Shown in pieces: positions 1 through 25,082 of a DNA stretch of 64,000 nt. A program made the position numbers and the translations under genes. The notes below the pieces were generated by a model. It did no database searches. It had not been told where the DNA came from and saw only the letters and a program-made list of their open reading frames with translations. Origin of the DNA: Antedon mediterranea (taxonomy: Eukaryota; Animalia; Echinodermata); assembly GCF_964355755.1 (NCBI RefSeq), contig NC_092670.1:20632795-20696794 (forward strand). Direction: 5' to 3'. Positions within the stretch are counted from its first letter, which is position 1. Every line of letters starts with the position of its first letter.

Positions 1-490
1 TAGGGAGGTTTCGCAACCTTACGAATACGAAAACGGATACGTCATACATTTGTGAAACTTTTGAGCTGGTCCCCATTTCATATTTGTAAAGCGTATTCGT
101 GTTGACGAATATCACCAGTCATATTCGTAACTACAAAACGAGTATAGTTTTTGATCTATTTTGCACATTTTGCATTTGAATCAGGAATGATTCATGATTA
201 TAATATAATTATAGATTTATTGGAAGTAATTTACTAAAGTAATTTACTAAAATGCCAAGTCAATTTTGATAAATAGCAGTTTATAAAGTCCTCACTCGCT
301 TTGATGTTACGCTAGGCCTAGGCAGCCAAGCACCAAGCAACACGTACGTACCTGCGCTTCGCTCAAATTTACCGCAGTCATATTTTGGACGCGCCTCAAT
401 ATTTCGTTGCCATGCGAAACAGATTTTTTTATGGCTTACGAAAACGAATACGTGTGCGTGACGTATCCGTAAGATTGCGAAACCTCTCTA
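1..490. mobile_element. Non-autonomous TIR DNA transposon (MITE-like), family uncertain
   Basis: Left end TAGGGAGGTTTCGCAACCTTACG matches the reverse complement of the right end (TAGAGAGGTTTCGCAATCTTACG) at 21/23 bases; no ORF. Left target-site duplication lies at or beyond the window edge. Confidence 0.75.
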
Positions 491-781
491 ATAATACATT
501 ACAACCATAATTGCGTTTTGTTTATTATTTTACATACTGTATATACAGTACAAATATAAAGTCACAAATTCTGTCTGTGTTAAAAAAAATTACAGGAAAA
601 TTTCGTAAAATGTCAATCTGTTTCTAAATGACTTCCTTATGTTAAGGAGATGTATGTCATTAGGTTGAAAGTTGAGAAATATAAAATTGTGTCGAACAAT
701 TGAAAAACATATTGTATCGTATTGAATTGTCATAAAAATAAAAAAAAAAACACATTTGTTATGATATTAAACCGAAGGAGC

Positions 782-870
782 TTAAAACAGGGATAAAGTG
801 GGTTAAAACAGAGGATAAAGTGCGTTAAAACAGAGGATAAAGTAGGTTAAAGCAGACTGAGGATAAAGTA
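782..870. repeat. Short degenerate tandem repeat, about 22-bp unit (TTAAAACAGAGGATAAAGTGCG) x4
   Basis: Directly visible tandem units. Confidence 0.7.
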
Positions 871-3334
871 ATACTGTAAAAACGCAACAATTGTGTTACA
901 TCAGCAATAAACATAGTGTCAACTGTAAATCGTAAACATTAATTTTGATATACAGTACAGTCTAATCTATTCAAATACTGATAAAAGTAATATTTCGCAG
1001 CCTTGTAAGCCCAGATAGAATCTCAATTTTGTAGACATACCACCGTAAACATTGCAATTTGTTATTTCACTATAAAATACTGTACAGGTATGTCAAAAAG
1101 ATGTTTATATAGTCGTGTATTTATACAACATGATCTTTAGATTATTTTTCTAAACTTCTATCTCTACAACTGTCTATTGCAATAAATCTCTATACTGTAT
1201 GTCGTCATTATTACATTCCATTAAGCAATAAATAATGTAAAATTGTAATAACTGTAATTAAAACTGAAGAGAAATACATACTTGGTCTTGTTTTGAGATG
1301 TGATAATTTATTAGTTTTTATTTTTAGTGTCAAATACAAACTCTAAATTCGTCACTAATGGCTTGCAAAATTCCCTTCCTTTTTAGTCTCGCATCATTAA
1401 AGCTTGTAAGTTTTACTTTATTAGTAATGCAATAAAAACTGAGTGACTTTTATTTAGGTTTATTTACAGTATATTGTATTTAAGTTCAGGAGCGGATTGC
1501 TAAAACACCCATAACTGTAAAGGCTCCAGCTTTTTATCAGATAGACGGTCTTACTAAAGACACCCCTTCCTCACGCTTGCTAAATTCACAATCATAACAG
1601 ATTGTACATTTCCACACAAGAAAATCTATTCTACAGTAGGCCTATAAGAATAATATCATCATTATTATTTGATTTAACACTAAAACATGTTTAATTTGTT
1701 GTCTTGCACCATAATACTTATAAGCAACAAAATGAGAGGTTTCAGACCGGTTTAAGACTCCTTCGAGTAGGCTTTAATTTCAAAGGTTAGACCGCAGTAT
1801 AGCAATGGCCTTCATACAAATTATAGAGCGGTAAGACCATCTATAGACCGCTTATAGTAATTTGCCCCAGGCCTGAAGTGTCAATAATTTACTGAGCTGT
1901 GCTAAAAAAATACAACAAATAAATCTTGTACTGTACAAGAGAGAACATTTATAGGAATGAATTTTTTATTATTAATTATCCTTTTTCATTGTTCAACAAA
2001 CTGCTGTACAGTAAAATGTCGAACTTTTCACTTTAAGTCCACATAGGGCGTCTGCGGATTACTCGTTGCTACGTAGATTAGAATGTTTACCTCTTGAGTT
2101 GATCCTAAGTTTACGTCATTTAAACAAAGGGTAATGGTTTGATAATGCTGAGAGATTTGATGTCAGGAAATTAAATGAGACATTAGGGAAGATGAAATTA
2201 AGAAACTACGCTAATCGTAACATTTCCTTATTGTTTTTAATCATCTAAATACTGAAAATTCAAAAATAGACTTTGTTGGTTTAAATGACAACCATGTATG
2301 CACAGTAGTCTGGACCGGATCCCTGTTCCATTCTTTTTCTAAATCTAAAAACTTAAGTTAACATTTTGTTTTGTGACTACAGTAATTCAATTATCATTGT
2401 ATTTCTCTAGCCCACAATGTTCAGGGGGCAGGGGAAAAGGTTATTGTTGATGGTAAAGTAATCACTAACCCTAAACTGTAATTAACTTTTGGTAAACAAG
2501 GAAATTTGTTTAGTCAACTCCTCTGATGTCATTGTGTGTAAAGTTGTTCCTTTGATTGATTGAGTGTTGCGTCAAATACTGTTTTTATAGACAACCTACT
2601 GTACTGTAGAGTACACCATCAAATGTCTCCCTGGGGTTGAGGACTTAGTTTGCTAAGGCTTTCTGTAGTCTTCAGTTCTAGAAAGAAGTTCACTTTAAGT
2701 TTAAAATGTCTGGCTATTATGATTTACAGTAGATTATGGATACAGTAATTAGTTGTTTTTGATCATTAAAAATATAAATAAAATGTAAATTAATTAAAAT
2801 ACTCATCATTGTACTGTAGTGTATAAACATGTCAATGAACACAGTTCAACTCTTTTAAAATACAGTTAAGAGTTTCCGGAAAGAATGGGTTTGCAGAATG
2901 CATTGTACAGCACTGTTGATCATTTTACTGTAGATCTATGATTAGAATGATTGTACTGTACCATATTGAAATTAAACTCATTTGGTCCATCATATAATAC
3001 ATTTCAAAAACAAACAGTGAATCCCCCAAAATGTCTAAGTTGTAAAATTCAATATTTATGTAATGTAAATAACCCAACAATGGATGTACAAGATAAGGAA
3101 GTGACTCGGATAGGATATGATGGATGAAGGGCTATCTACTCTCCGTCATTCCTGCCATTGATTACTACTGTACACCACTCCAGGCCTACACAATGTTTAT
3201 TTATTATACCACACTGTAATTCTGTAAACCACATATAGACAGAATTCTTTTGGTTTTGTTTTGACGTTAAGTTTTAAGTTATTGAGAGTCTTGAAGTAGG
3301 TGTATTGTTGTTTAAATGCCAATTTTTTACTCTC

Positions 3335-3379
3335 ACTTGCACTGATGAAGGCTAATTTTGCCCGAAAGCTCTGCTAAGT
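3335..3379 (+). ncRNA. Minimal type I hammerhead ribozyme motif, Penelope-like pseudo-LTR remnant
   Basis: ACTTGCA-CTGATGA-AGGC taatttt GCCC-GAAA-GCTC-TGCTAAGT: conserved core CUGAUGA/GAAA, stem I (ACTTGCA/TGCTAAGT, one bulge), stem II (GGC/GCC), palindromic AGCT stem III, CUC cleavage triplet. Confidence 0.6.
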
Positions 3380-4335
3380 TTTCTGGTTTTTTTATTTAGC
3401 TTTTTGCTTATTTTGTTTTGTATCTCTATTGAGATCCAGCCACTGATACCCACATCATTTTTCAGTAATTTGCCTTTGGATTTAATAAAAATTAAGAATT
3501 TCAGGAAGTGAAACTCTTATTTATTTACATTGATTGTTTTATATTGCTTGAATGCATTTTAAAATGTTTGATTAAGTAGATTGAAACTTAAAACGTCATC
3601 AAAAATTGTTACTATACAGTATTTTCACGTCCGGGAATTAAAATATTTTAAAATGTTAATGAGGGACATTACTATTAGCTAATAGCTATTTTCACTGTGT
3701 ACAATTTATACATAGATATCTACAATGATGGGCACTATTCAGGCCTTGTCTTATAAGGCGAGTGAGTGTGATCAATCGCCTAACACACTCCTAGACTGCC
3801 CTTGAAGAGTGCGATTTACAACACGCTTAAATTTGGTAAACTTCTATACATCAAAATACAAACAGCACACCTACAGTACAGCACCCCTGAATGTATTGAG
3901 GAGTTCAAATTGTAGCACACATAATTTTCTGACAAGACATAACTTTATAGTTTCGTTATTATCTTAACAAAAACCTTTAAACAAATTGATTGTTTTGATC
4001 TTAAATTCGATATTTAAAGCCTTGTGAAAGTAATACAGTCTATATCGTGCCTAGCTTACCTGGATAAAAGTATAGGACTCGACTCCATACTCTACATAGG
4101 CATAGTTGGACACAAACATGGCCGGCGTGCACCCCACGTGACTTTCTAAAATCCGTGAACGCAATGCCGTAACTCTATATATATGGCTCTGCAACTATGA
4201 AGTTTGTTCTTTAAAATAGAAGAAGAAGCTAATAGCTAATAGCTATTGTCATTGTGTACCATTTACTGTATGCATACAGTAGATACCTACAATTTAATTC
4301 AAACAATGATTGATTGATTGATAACCATAGTATAA

Positions 4336-8635
<4,300 letters not shown>

Positions 8636-11083
8636 ACACCTCAGATTATTCAGGACATTTTTCATCTGTGTACTCTATGTTGCCAAGAGTTGAATAACAA
8701 ACATAACAACAATTTTCACACTACATTGGAATAGAGAATACTAAAGACAACACGCCAGTTATTAAAATTGAATTCTATAATACTTCATTTGTGAAGTTTT
8801 GCCAAAAGTTTTTGAGATGTATAAATAATAGTGTTTATTGTTTCAAAGATTAAAATGGCATTAGCTTTCTTGCAAATGTACCATGTTGGGTCTCATGAAT
8901 GATAAAGTTAACTTGGTAACAGTTAATTATTGTTCAAAATGAATGTATGGCCACTACTTTGTGTTTGAAGATGTGGTAGGAAATAGGATGCATTTTCTGA
9001 TGTCATCTTCATAGATGCTGGTAACAAGTTTAAAGTGATAAATTCCATGTTCATTCAGTCTTATAGAATACATTAGGATTTGCAAATCAAAACTTTTAGT
9101 CACAAAAATCTTTTATACGGTTTATCATATAATAAAAGTAAATTAGAAAATTAAATAAATTCAGTGAAAATTAGGCCTTTTTAGTTATTTTTGCCGTTTC
9201 TTCTTTGAACCACTTATGGTAACAATCCATAAAATATTGTCTCTACTTTCCATCGTTTACTGTTGTATAGTCAACGTTATTTACAGTGTTTCTATTGGAC
9301 AAATTATTTCTAAACCAAATCTTCGTATACTGAAAGAAAAAATGTCTATGTATATTTTAATATTGTTTTATAGTTTAGTTCAAATGAATTCAATGCGTTA
9401 TTTTGCATTAAGAGAACGGTTTGCGTAAAAAAACTATTCTAGTAGAATTTTTCTGCGCGCGTGTGTGAACATGAATGTAACTCTTTATCAATTGTGGAAA
9501 AATTGTACATAAAATTTGTTTATAACGCTTAATTAGTGGCGTGGAAAATATCGTACATAGATAGGGACAATGTAAGCTTGTAAAATAGATTGGCTGATAG
9601 TGGTGGCATGGGTTTATTAATTTTCTAAAAATTATTCTTTATGTGCATAATCTTTACACATATGACATTGCAACCTTTTTACATGACATTGCAACCATTT
9701 TACATGGCATTGCAACCCTTTTACACGTATAATATTGCAACCTCATATCCATTGTCATTGGGGAGGAATAATTGTATTGTCCTGTTTATTTGGAAGTGAA
9801 TTAACATTTTTTTACAGATGCACAATAAACAGTGCTAATTAACTATGTAAAATTGATAATGTTACCAAGATCCTTCTCAGTGTACTACTGTTTTTAACAT
9901 TCTGTAGAACTAAAATCTATTGATTTTGAAATTGCTGTGGCCTAATACCATTCTACACTATCGTTAACACAGAAGGTCTATTGCAGACTATTTTAAACCT
10001 ATGAATGCCATTCTGTCCAGTTCAGCTATAGGGCTTTCTTAAAACATAAAAAAATAGGGTCTTCCCACAATGCATTGTTTTTAAACTTACACAAATTGTA
10101 TATTTACAGACAGCAATATACAGCATGTCATGTGTTTATTGGGCAATCCAAAGTAAAAAATATAAGTATGTCCTGAATATTTACGACATCCTTATGTTTC
10201 AAATAAACAATAATAAAAAGATAATAATTAATAATTATTTTCTATCTAATTAGGATTGTTTCAATTACATGTGTGATGTCAAAGGTCACACTAGGCATAT
10301 TCGACTGATCTGAGTAGACTTAATGCATCAATTACTCGGAGGTGCTGATTTGAATAGATTCTGTAGGTCTCAAAGCAGACAGTCGAAAAGGCCTACTGTA
10401 AGATCATACGAAAGAAAACTTTTGACATCTCATATAGTAAACTACAATAAAGATGCTATAATAATTTCTTCCATTAAGTTTGATATATGTTTCAGTGTTT
10501 TATACAAGTAAATATTAATAAGTTTACTTTTAATTTTTACTAAATAATGGAGTAAAAAGCGATGTATTTTTTAAGATTCAAATTTAATTTTTATTCTTGG
10601 GACAAATTTTCGGGTGTTAAAAATTGTTTTACTTTAGTTGCTGCAGTAATTGAACTGCATGTGGTTTGGCATCTAGACATATAAACAGGTGTCTTCACTT
10701 TCTTTGAGACGTCAATTTACAGGTGATTGAAATTAGAAGATACTATGTTTCTTCAATATTTGCCACATTCACATACAATATTTACTGCAGCAAAGCATAA
10801 AACTACTGCAGTAAAATTATTTTAACATGGCCCGAAGTACAAAATACTGTTGTGTTTGAAAAAATCAACTTTATGTAATTTAGAATTTTGTTTTTGACCT
10901 GTGCCTTGCATTGTGTGTAGATTATAGAAATTTCATAAATTTATCGATTTCTTTTGTTACTAAAAATTAACAGGAATTTAATGGCTTCCAAATAATATTA
11001 TTATAATGAAATATATGGAAAAAATGAAGTGTACTTGTTTTGAATTGTTGTGTTTTATTTATGAGTATAACATTTGTTATTTA

Positions 11084-11188
11084 TGTATACCTCTAGGCTT
11101 AGTTGACTGGTAACTTGTTGTATACCTCTAGGCTTAGTTGACTGGTCACTTGTTGTATACCTCTAGGCTTAGTTGACTGGTCACTTGC
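11084..11188. repeat. 35-bp tandem repeat x3
   Basis: TGTATACCTCTAGGCTTAGTTGACTGGT(C/A)ACTTGT three times. Confidence 0.85.
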
Positions 11189-11429
11189 AAACACCCTGCA
11201 GTGATCTAAGCCACTGCTCACATACAAACAGCGACGGTCCAGTCGAAACACGCCTTTTGCCTTTTATTTTAGAAAGTCATTTAATATTAAGGAGGTTGGT
11301 TTACTGGGCTGTATGCCTTATCCAGTAAATCGATATCAATCAATGATACAGTAGGATACCAAATGGATACAGTATTTCATTTCTATGCTAACTATTATCT
11401 ATCAGCATCCACAGAAACGATGTGGGTAA

Positions 11430-11563
11430 AGCTGTGTCTACACTATCAAACTTTGTGATGAAAAAATGTGATGTGGCCATATGATGATGTCATATCACTA
11501 CCACCATATTTGGGTACATCGCACTTTTTTTTGTCAAACTAGTTTGATAGTGTAGACAGAGCT
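11430..11563. mobile_element. PIF/Harbinger (Tourist-like) MITE, family A
   Basis: TIR AGCT(C/G)TGTCTACACTATCAAACT with TAA on both flanks; further copies at 30737, 34088, 38742, 39073. Confidence 0.85.
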
Positions 11564-11790
11564 TAACACAGTGACTCAATTTAGAAATTGAAAGTTGATA
11601 ATGTAGGTAATACTTATGCTGTATATTGTGTAATAAACAGTGGCATAATATATGAGCACTCACTGGCTAAACCCAGGCGCACCAGAGCTTAAGGGGTCCT
11701 AGAGCATGAGCAGTTTTTTTTGTTTTTTTTTTACCATATTTAATGAGGGTGATCCATCCAGCAATTGCTGATCATTAGGGACCCTCAGAG

Positions 11791-11934
11791 GTTCACAAGA
11801 CAAACATATACACAAGATGCTCTACATAAACAAAATCTTATTACAAGTCTTTGGGAGTGGAGTTGTAATTTTGTCCTTTCATGATATGTGACAGGATTGG
11901 TAGCCAAGCATCATAACCACCAAGCCACAATTCC
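11791..11934 (-). mobile_element. tRNA-derived SINE fragment, same family as 16004-16240
   Basis: Reverse complement shares the body ...AAAGACTTGTAATAAGA..TTGTTTATGTAGAGCATCTTGTGTATATGTTTGTCTTGTGAAC with the copy at 16004. Confidence 0.7.
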
Positions 11935-11955
11935 ACTATAGCAGTCCAATGCAAC

Positions 11956-12682
11956 TGTTATGCGCGATTTGAACGATTTGCGCAATTTAAAATTGCGCAA
12001 GGATTTTTTTGCGCAATCAACTTGCGCAATTTCAAATTGCGCAAGAAAATCTTTGCGCAATTTTAAATTGCGCTGCACAATTTGTAAATTGCGCAAGATA
12101 GTTCTTGCGCAATATGACACCTTTGCGCAATTTGAAAACGAACTGTAAATTTTCCAATACATGGCTAGGCTAGGCCTAGGCAGAGGAGTTTAAAATTTAG
12201 TATTTTATTATATAGGGTAAATAAGACCATTTCAATGAAGATAATGTTAATACTCACTTTTTAAGTTTTTAATATTAGTTTAAGCTAGGCCATGTAACCT
12301 AGTCAGTATCAGTAGTCCAGACCCTAGCTAGGCTAGAGTAGTATAGCCGGCCGCCCGCGCTGCGCCCGTCTGGTGGAACACCACCGCTTCGTTTTCCTTC
12401 GTCGGTTCTTCGACGGTATGCTAACTTATAACAATATTTGCACTACTAAAATAAGGAAATGCGATATTTATCTTTAATTTTGAATCATTCTTAGAAATTA
12501 CTATAAAAATATGGGTGTGCATGATTTCACAATCTGTCGAAAAACCTTGCGCAATTTGCAGATTACTTGCGCAATTTAATACGTTGCTTGCGCAATTTGA
12601 AACACATGTTTCAATTCAAATTGCGCAAGGATTTTTTTTGCGCAATTTCAAATTGCGCAAATCGTTCAAATTGCGCATAACA
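11956..12682. mobile_element. Non-autonomous long-TIR DNA transposon, Ginger-like
   Basis: Termini TGTTATGCGC...GCGCATAACA, 4-bp direct repeat CAAC on both flanks, imperfect inverted arms built from about 15 TTGCGCAA palindromes. Ginger assignment rests only on TGT termini plus 4-bp TSD. Confidence 0.7.
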
Positions 12683-14645
12683 CAACTACTCAGCATTGGA
12701 AGATTAATAAACCTATGCCCTGTGCATTACGCACATTGGTAATAAACAGTAATTTTAGACCAAAGTAAACCATATTCTATACAGTAATTACATTTTAGTT
12801 AGAATATCAACATTTATTCAGTACTAGTATTAGGAACAATGTACTAAAAAAACAATTACGGAGGTATATGCTATTTTAAAAATTGAATTTGACAAGGTTT
12901 CTTTGTAGACTAGGTTACAGCATCGTTAACACAGTGTATGTAATACAGTTAATTGATTTCTTAATGATTATGTTTCTGCTTACAGAGGGCAGTAACAACT
13001 TTGGTCAATTTAAAAACCCAGTGAACTTCAATATGCCTATATACAATAATAATACACTAATATACCAATAATAAATATGTTCACATAACACTATTCAAGG
13101 TTTATATGGAGCACATTACATCATTAAAATCACATGGTCAAAGGTTATAGGTTAGGTCAAAGGTTAGCACAAAATATTGAAACTACATGGTCAAAAAATT
13201 TGTTTAAAAAATCTTAAAATCATACAGTATACTGAATATAAATTCTAATTGAATACATAAAGGTTCACTACATTTTTTTATATTTTTTAAATTATTTTAC
13301 ATTTTAAAAGTTAATTTAATTGGTTATTTAGTTAGAATTCATCATTAAATGTAACAAATAAATTCATTCATGATTTTAAAATATTACAGGAAAAAAAAAG
13401 TTAAAATTCAAGGTAAAACACTTTTTAGTCAATACAAATCAAGAAAAACAAAACTTTGTTTCAAGAATCAGACACAATTGAGCGTGTCATACTTGAGCAT
13501 GCCATATGTAGGTTAACAGGGCAGGATCATCTATTTTACACTCTTACATAACAATAAAAATTGTACGCTTTCTGCCAAACACAGAATCAGGTGCTATTCT
13601 AGTTAACATGCACACGTACGGTAAAATGTTAAGTAGGTACGGTAATTGTAATCATTCATTATTATGTAATATAGGTTTATTCACATACAGTTTTTTTAAA
13701 ATATAAACACCTCTGCTTGAGGAACTTAAATAGTACATGACCTTAAATTTAGATTCAAATTTAGTGGCGTTTTAACAGATTTTAAACCATTCTAACTAGT
13801 AAATTAGCCCCTTGAGTTTAATTCAGCAATTTTTTTATACATATAAATCATACTAAACAATATTTACCATACTGATTAAGATTTAGGCTCACTCAGCAAT
13901 TTTCGGGTGGACAGTATCCCTGAAAACCCATGTGTAGGGTTTAAAATGGTAACTTAAACCCAATCCATGTCAGTATTACAATGAACAATTTATTACATTT
14001 TGGAAATTAATCTAATAATATAAAAATAAATACATAATAATATAATATTTGAAAACATATGGGATAATTCTTAATTTTCATTTAAGAACACATTTTTGGG
14101 ATAAGAATCGCAAAATATGAATCAAAAATGTATTATTAATCTAATGAAATTATATACTACCTGCTAGTGCTAATATTACTTATACACATGTTACAAATTA
14201 CTATTATTTAAACACTGCCTTCTTATGATAACATTTTACTCTGTTAAAAATGTCATATAATCAGATAAAAATCAGTTACAGGACACACAACCAATGCATT
14301 TCATTTGGATATTATTATGCTAATGATCAAAATTAAGCCTTTTCCCCAGTTTAAATTTAGATTAATTACAGTTTAAATCTGAGATAGCGGACTAGACAAT
14401 TCTACCTTATAAGCCCATGGATTTATATTTAATCACATATCACAATAATATAAAGCTAAAATGCACATATTATTTACAAGTCTTTATCCACAGCACACCA
14501 ACCCCAAGCAACATTTTATCGTCAATACTTTTTTTTAACCAATTAGATTAGAAAATTTGTCATCTTTATTTGATGACTGAATTTACTTTTACTTTAATTA
14601 AGTTAAAACTCTTTGGGATAGTACACATTTTAAAACTACAACAAC

Positions 14646-14743
14646 CTATCTGTACATAATTCTTCACGTTAAACCATTCATGAATACGTACGTGTGCGAC
14701 GTTCCGAATGAATGGTTTAACGTAAAGAATTATATCCAGATAG
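14646..14743. mobile_element. Small fold-back MITE-like inverted repeat
   Basis: CTATCTGTACATAATTCTTCACGTTAAACCATTCAT pairs with ATGAATGGTTTAACGTAAAGAATTATATCCAGATAG (about 36 bp, few mismatches). Confidence 0.7.
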
Positions 14744-15679
14744 TTAATATAAAAACTAGATGAGAACATTTTTCGAAGTACAACAACCTAGCTTGCACAG
14801 GCCAGCAACTAGACTTTAGTACCCGCCCTAAACATGTTATATGGATTAAGGTGCAACATACTATGGCACATATTTTTAACAATTTATAATTCAACAGCCA
14901 AAGTAATAACTACAGAATTTAGAACTGACTTTGATCCTTTTGAACTGGCAGTCGGTTCATTGTTTGGCCTCGCTAATTCTGCAGAACTGGCACTACAAAC
15001 AGCCTATCTTACTATACATCATACATAATAACATTAACAATACTATGTTGTAGGATAACTCCATCTTCAAGCTTACATATTTGTTTAGTTGTGACCTAAA
15101 TAAACGTTTTCAACCCAGTTATGTTTTGTAGGTCTCTGCCACCAATCTGACTGTATGGAGGGTTTCAACCAGCATGCTATGACGGTATTTCACAAACATA
15201 TCAATTTTATCAATTCTTTTTTATCGCCAGAATAATAATTTTGATTTATAAAAAAACACCTTCCTGAGAACAAAGTCAGCATTGTTTTAAAGAATTTTAG
15301 CGCCAATTTTTATAAAAGATTAGTCTTTTATTATAACCTCTTTGCCATGCCATACGCATGAATGAACCCTCTACAAGAATTTAATAATAAAATGGCAGCA
15401 TATCAATAAAATCACAAGTATTAAGATTATATGATTGTAAATATAAATTCATATTGAATACAAAACACTTATCTAAAACAGTCTGTGGTTAAAATCATTA
15501 TCGTGGCGGGTATATACATTAAGATCAGGATTTGCCATTGCCACTTTAACACACCCTTTTCATTTTCGGTGACTGTATAATTCTAATGTTTTATGTACAC
15601 GCACAAAATGCGTGTAACAACTTGGAAACATTGTAAAACATGTTTAGGTTTATCCAGTTGAGATTTCATAAAACGTTTT

Positions 15680-22757
<7,078 letters not shown>

Positions 22758-22760
22758 CAT

Positions 22761-23701
22761 AGAGAGTTCGTAAGTTAAACAGTTCTTAATAATCGTATAT
22801 AAATATAATCCAAATGGGCGTTTTCTTGTCAAACTTATAATAATACTTTCTGGCCGGAGGTTGACTCACACGATCAACAGAAAAGTTCTCCAATTTTTTT
22901 TATCTTCTATAAGGTGTACAGGTTAACTGTGTATTTATCCAAATTAATTTTAACCGGCAGTAGATAGTGCCCTCTTTTATAACACTTTGACAGCCTGTCT
23001 CATTTCTATAAATATCTTTTCCGTCTGTTTATCTATAAAACACAGAAATCCAAAATAGATTTTATTTCATCCGTTTATTTGATAAACCTTGGAAACCCCC
23101 TGGATATGCACAGGCTTATTTTTTAGCATACATTACAATGTAATAAAAATGTAACTAACAATATTCACTTGACCAAAAATTATTTACCTGTTGAAAAACT
23201 GTAACAGTAAAGCAAGTCATATTGGCTGCCAGTCATTCTGTGGAAGGAAGTGATTAACTTTATTAATACTACAAAGTGGCCTATTCAAAATCTGATTTTA
23301 TTAATCTTCATTTTTCATATATGTGTTTGGTGACAATTACATATATTTATTATATAACTTGATTTGGATTGCTTGATCACTAAATTATTGTAATAATCAT
23401 AAAAATTAACATGTATTAAAATAGCGTTATACTGCAGGAACTGCAGTAAAACAGTAACTCCCTGATGATACAGTATCATGCAATATCCGGAACGTTTATT
23501 TACAGCACAATAAAGTGAAGGACATCAAATTTCTGTTGGTTTCTGGCAATTTTTAAAAGTGGGCGTCCCATAAATCAAAAGTTCATAGGTCAATAGCGGT
23601 CAATGCAAAGTGGGAGGTTGCGATCTCGTCAAAAACAATACAGAATAACTCGTTTTTTGTCGTATATTAAAAAAGAAACTGTAAAATTATATTGCATAAT
23701 T
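22761..23701. promoter_or_regulatory. Probable divergent promoter region for Rac B (-) and LMTK (+)
   Basis: Head-to-head arrangement, CpG-richer patches at both ends, candidate non-coding LMTK first exon ending at a GTGAGT donor (23702). Inference only. Confidence 0.4.
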
Positions 23702-23889
23702 GTGAGTAGTATACCGTTAGTGGTATCAATACCATATTTCCGTTTTTATCGTTGTTGTTTTCTTCTAGCTAGGCCAGGCTACAGCACAGAACAGACAGGC
23801 AGGGTACCAGCCAGCTAAGCTAGCTAGGACAGGTAGGCCTACTAGGCCTAGGCCCTAGCTAGGCCTAGGTGTTATAATTCTTGGGTGCT

Positions 23890-24120
23890 GGTCAACCCGT
23901 ACCCAAACAACCCGTACCCAAACCAACCCGTACCCATGCCAACTCGTACCCAACTTGGCTAACCCGTACCCAAACCAACCCGTACCCATGCCAACTCGTA
24001 CCTAAATAGTTGGCTTACTCGTACCCAAGTATTTGACTTACTCATACTCATTATTTGGCTTACCCATACCCATTTTTGGCTTACTCGTACCCATTATTTG
24101 GCCTACTCGTACCCAATTTG
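23890..24120. repeat. Array of AAC(C/T)CGTACCC motifs, probably a transposon subterminal region
   Basis: About 12 degenerate copies; no matching inverted end found in the window. Confidence 0.6.
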
Positions 24121-24629
24121 AATAATTACTTGTAATGATTTGATCGGCGCAAAACTAGTGCAGTGGTATGCTTTTGCCGTATAAATATTTTTATATTTAA
24201 ATTGTTTTTTTTATTTTACAGGTCTCGGTGAAATGTGTGCTTATAAAAATGACCATTGATTTGACTGTAAAGTTCGTTTAATTAGGCATATATTTTTGTT
24301 AACATTTATTTAATAGTATTGTAGTTTTATAAACGTATGTTTTATGTGTCTTTTTTATTTACGTAAGTGAACATTAATTAATAAAAAAATATTTTAACTG
24401 TTGTATAGTATTACAATTCTCAATTAAGCCCAGGTAAAGTAGGCCTACCAACAACGTATAATTTTTATACTTATCAATTTTTATCACCTCATTATCTTCC
24501 CTGATTAGATTCGATCAAGTAATTATTATTTCTATTGTATTGGTATATTTAAAATTGGTTGAATTAACAACGCCCTGTTTTAAGCAAAAAGCCTGCAGGG
24601 CTATGGGGTCGAATTACTCGTAGATTTTG

Positions 24630-25082
24630 TGACCGGGATTACCCTTTTATTATAAAAAAACATGCATTTATAGGGCGTCAAAGAGACGACTCAGCAATGA
24701 CGTATGATCGTTTTCCATATATTTTATTTAATGATAATTCAGTGAAATGATCATATACACGTACTGTAAGGCAATTAAACATTTTGGCAGATTTTCTTCT
24801 ATAACAGCTACGTGTTTTTGCTGACTGGGGGATTCCTCTTTTAAGTTTGATATTAAAAAAAATGCATTTGTAAATGTGGCGTATGATCGTTTTCTATTTA
24901 TTTTTTTTCTTAAATAATTCAGTAAAATTATCTGTTTGTTTACAGCAATTAAACATTTTTGGTAGATATTTCCTCAATAACAGCTATGTGTTTTTGCTGA
25001 CGAGGGATTCCCTTTAAAAAAAAAATATGCATTCTATAATGTGTCAAATAAGACAAATGAATGAACTATGATCGTTTTTCCA
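24630..25082. repeat. Degenerate tandem duplication, about 170-200-bp unit x2.5
   Basis: Repeated ATGCATTT...TATGATCGTTTT...AATTCAGT...GCAATTAAACATTTT...TAACAGCTA.GTGTTTTTGCTGAC blocks. Confidence 0.65.

Noticed and set aside
4049-4070. U1 snRNA gene
   Set aside because: Only CTTACCTGG matches; no U1 body follows.
11911-12742. Short ORFs within the TTGCGCAA element
   Set aside because: Translations of palindromic repeats with no transposase motifs.
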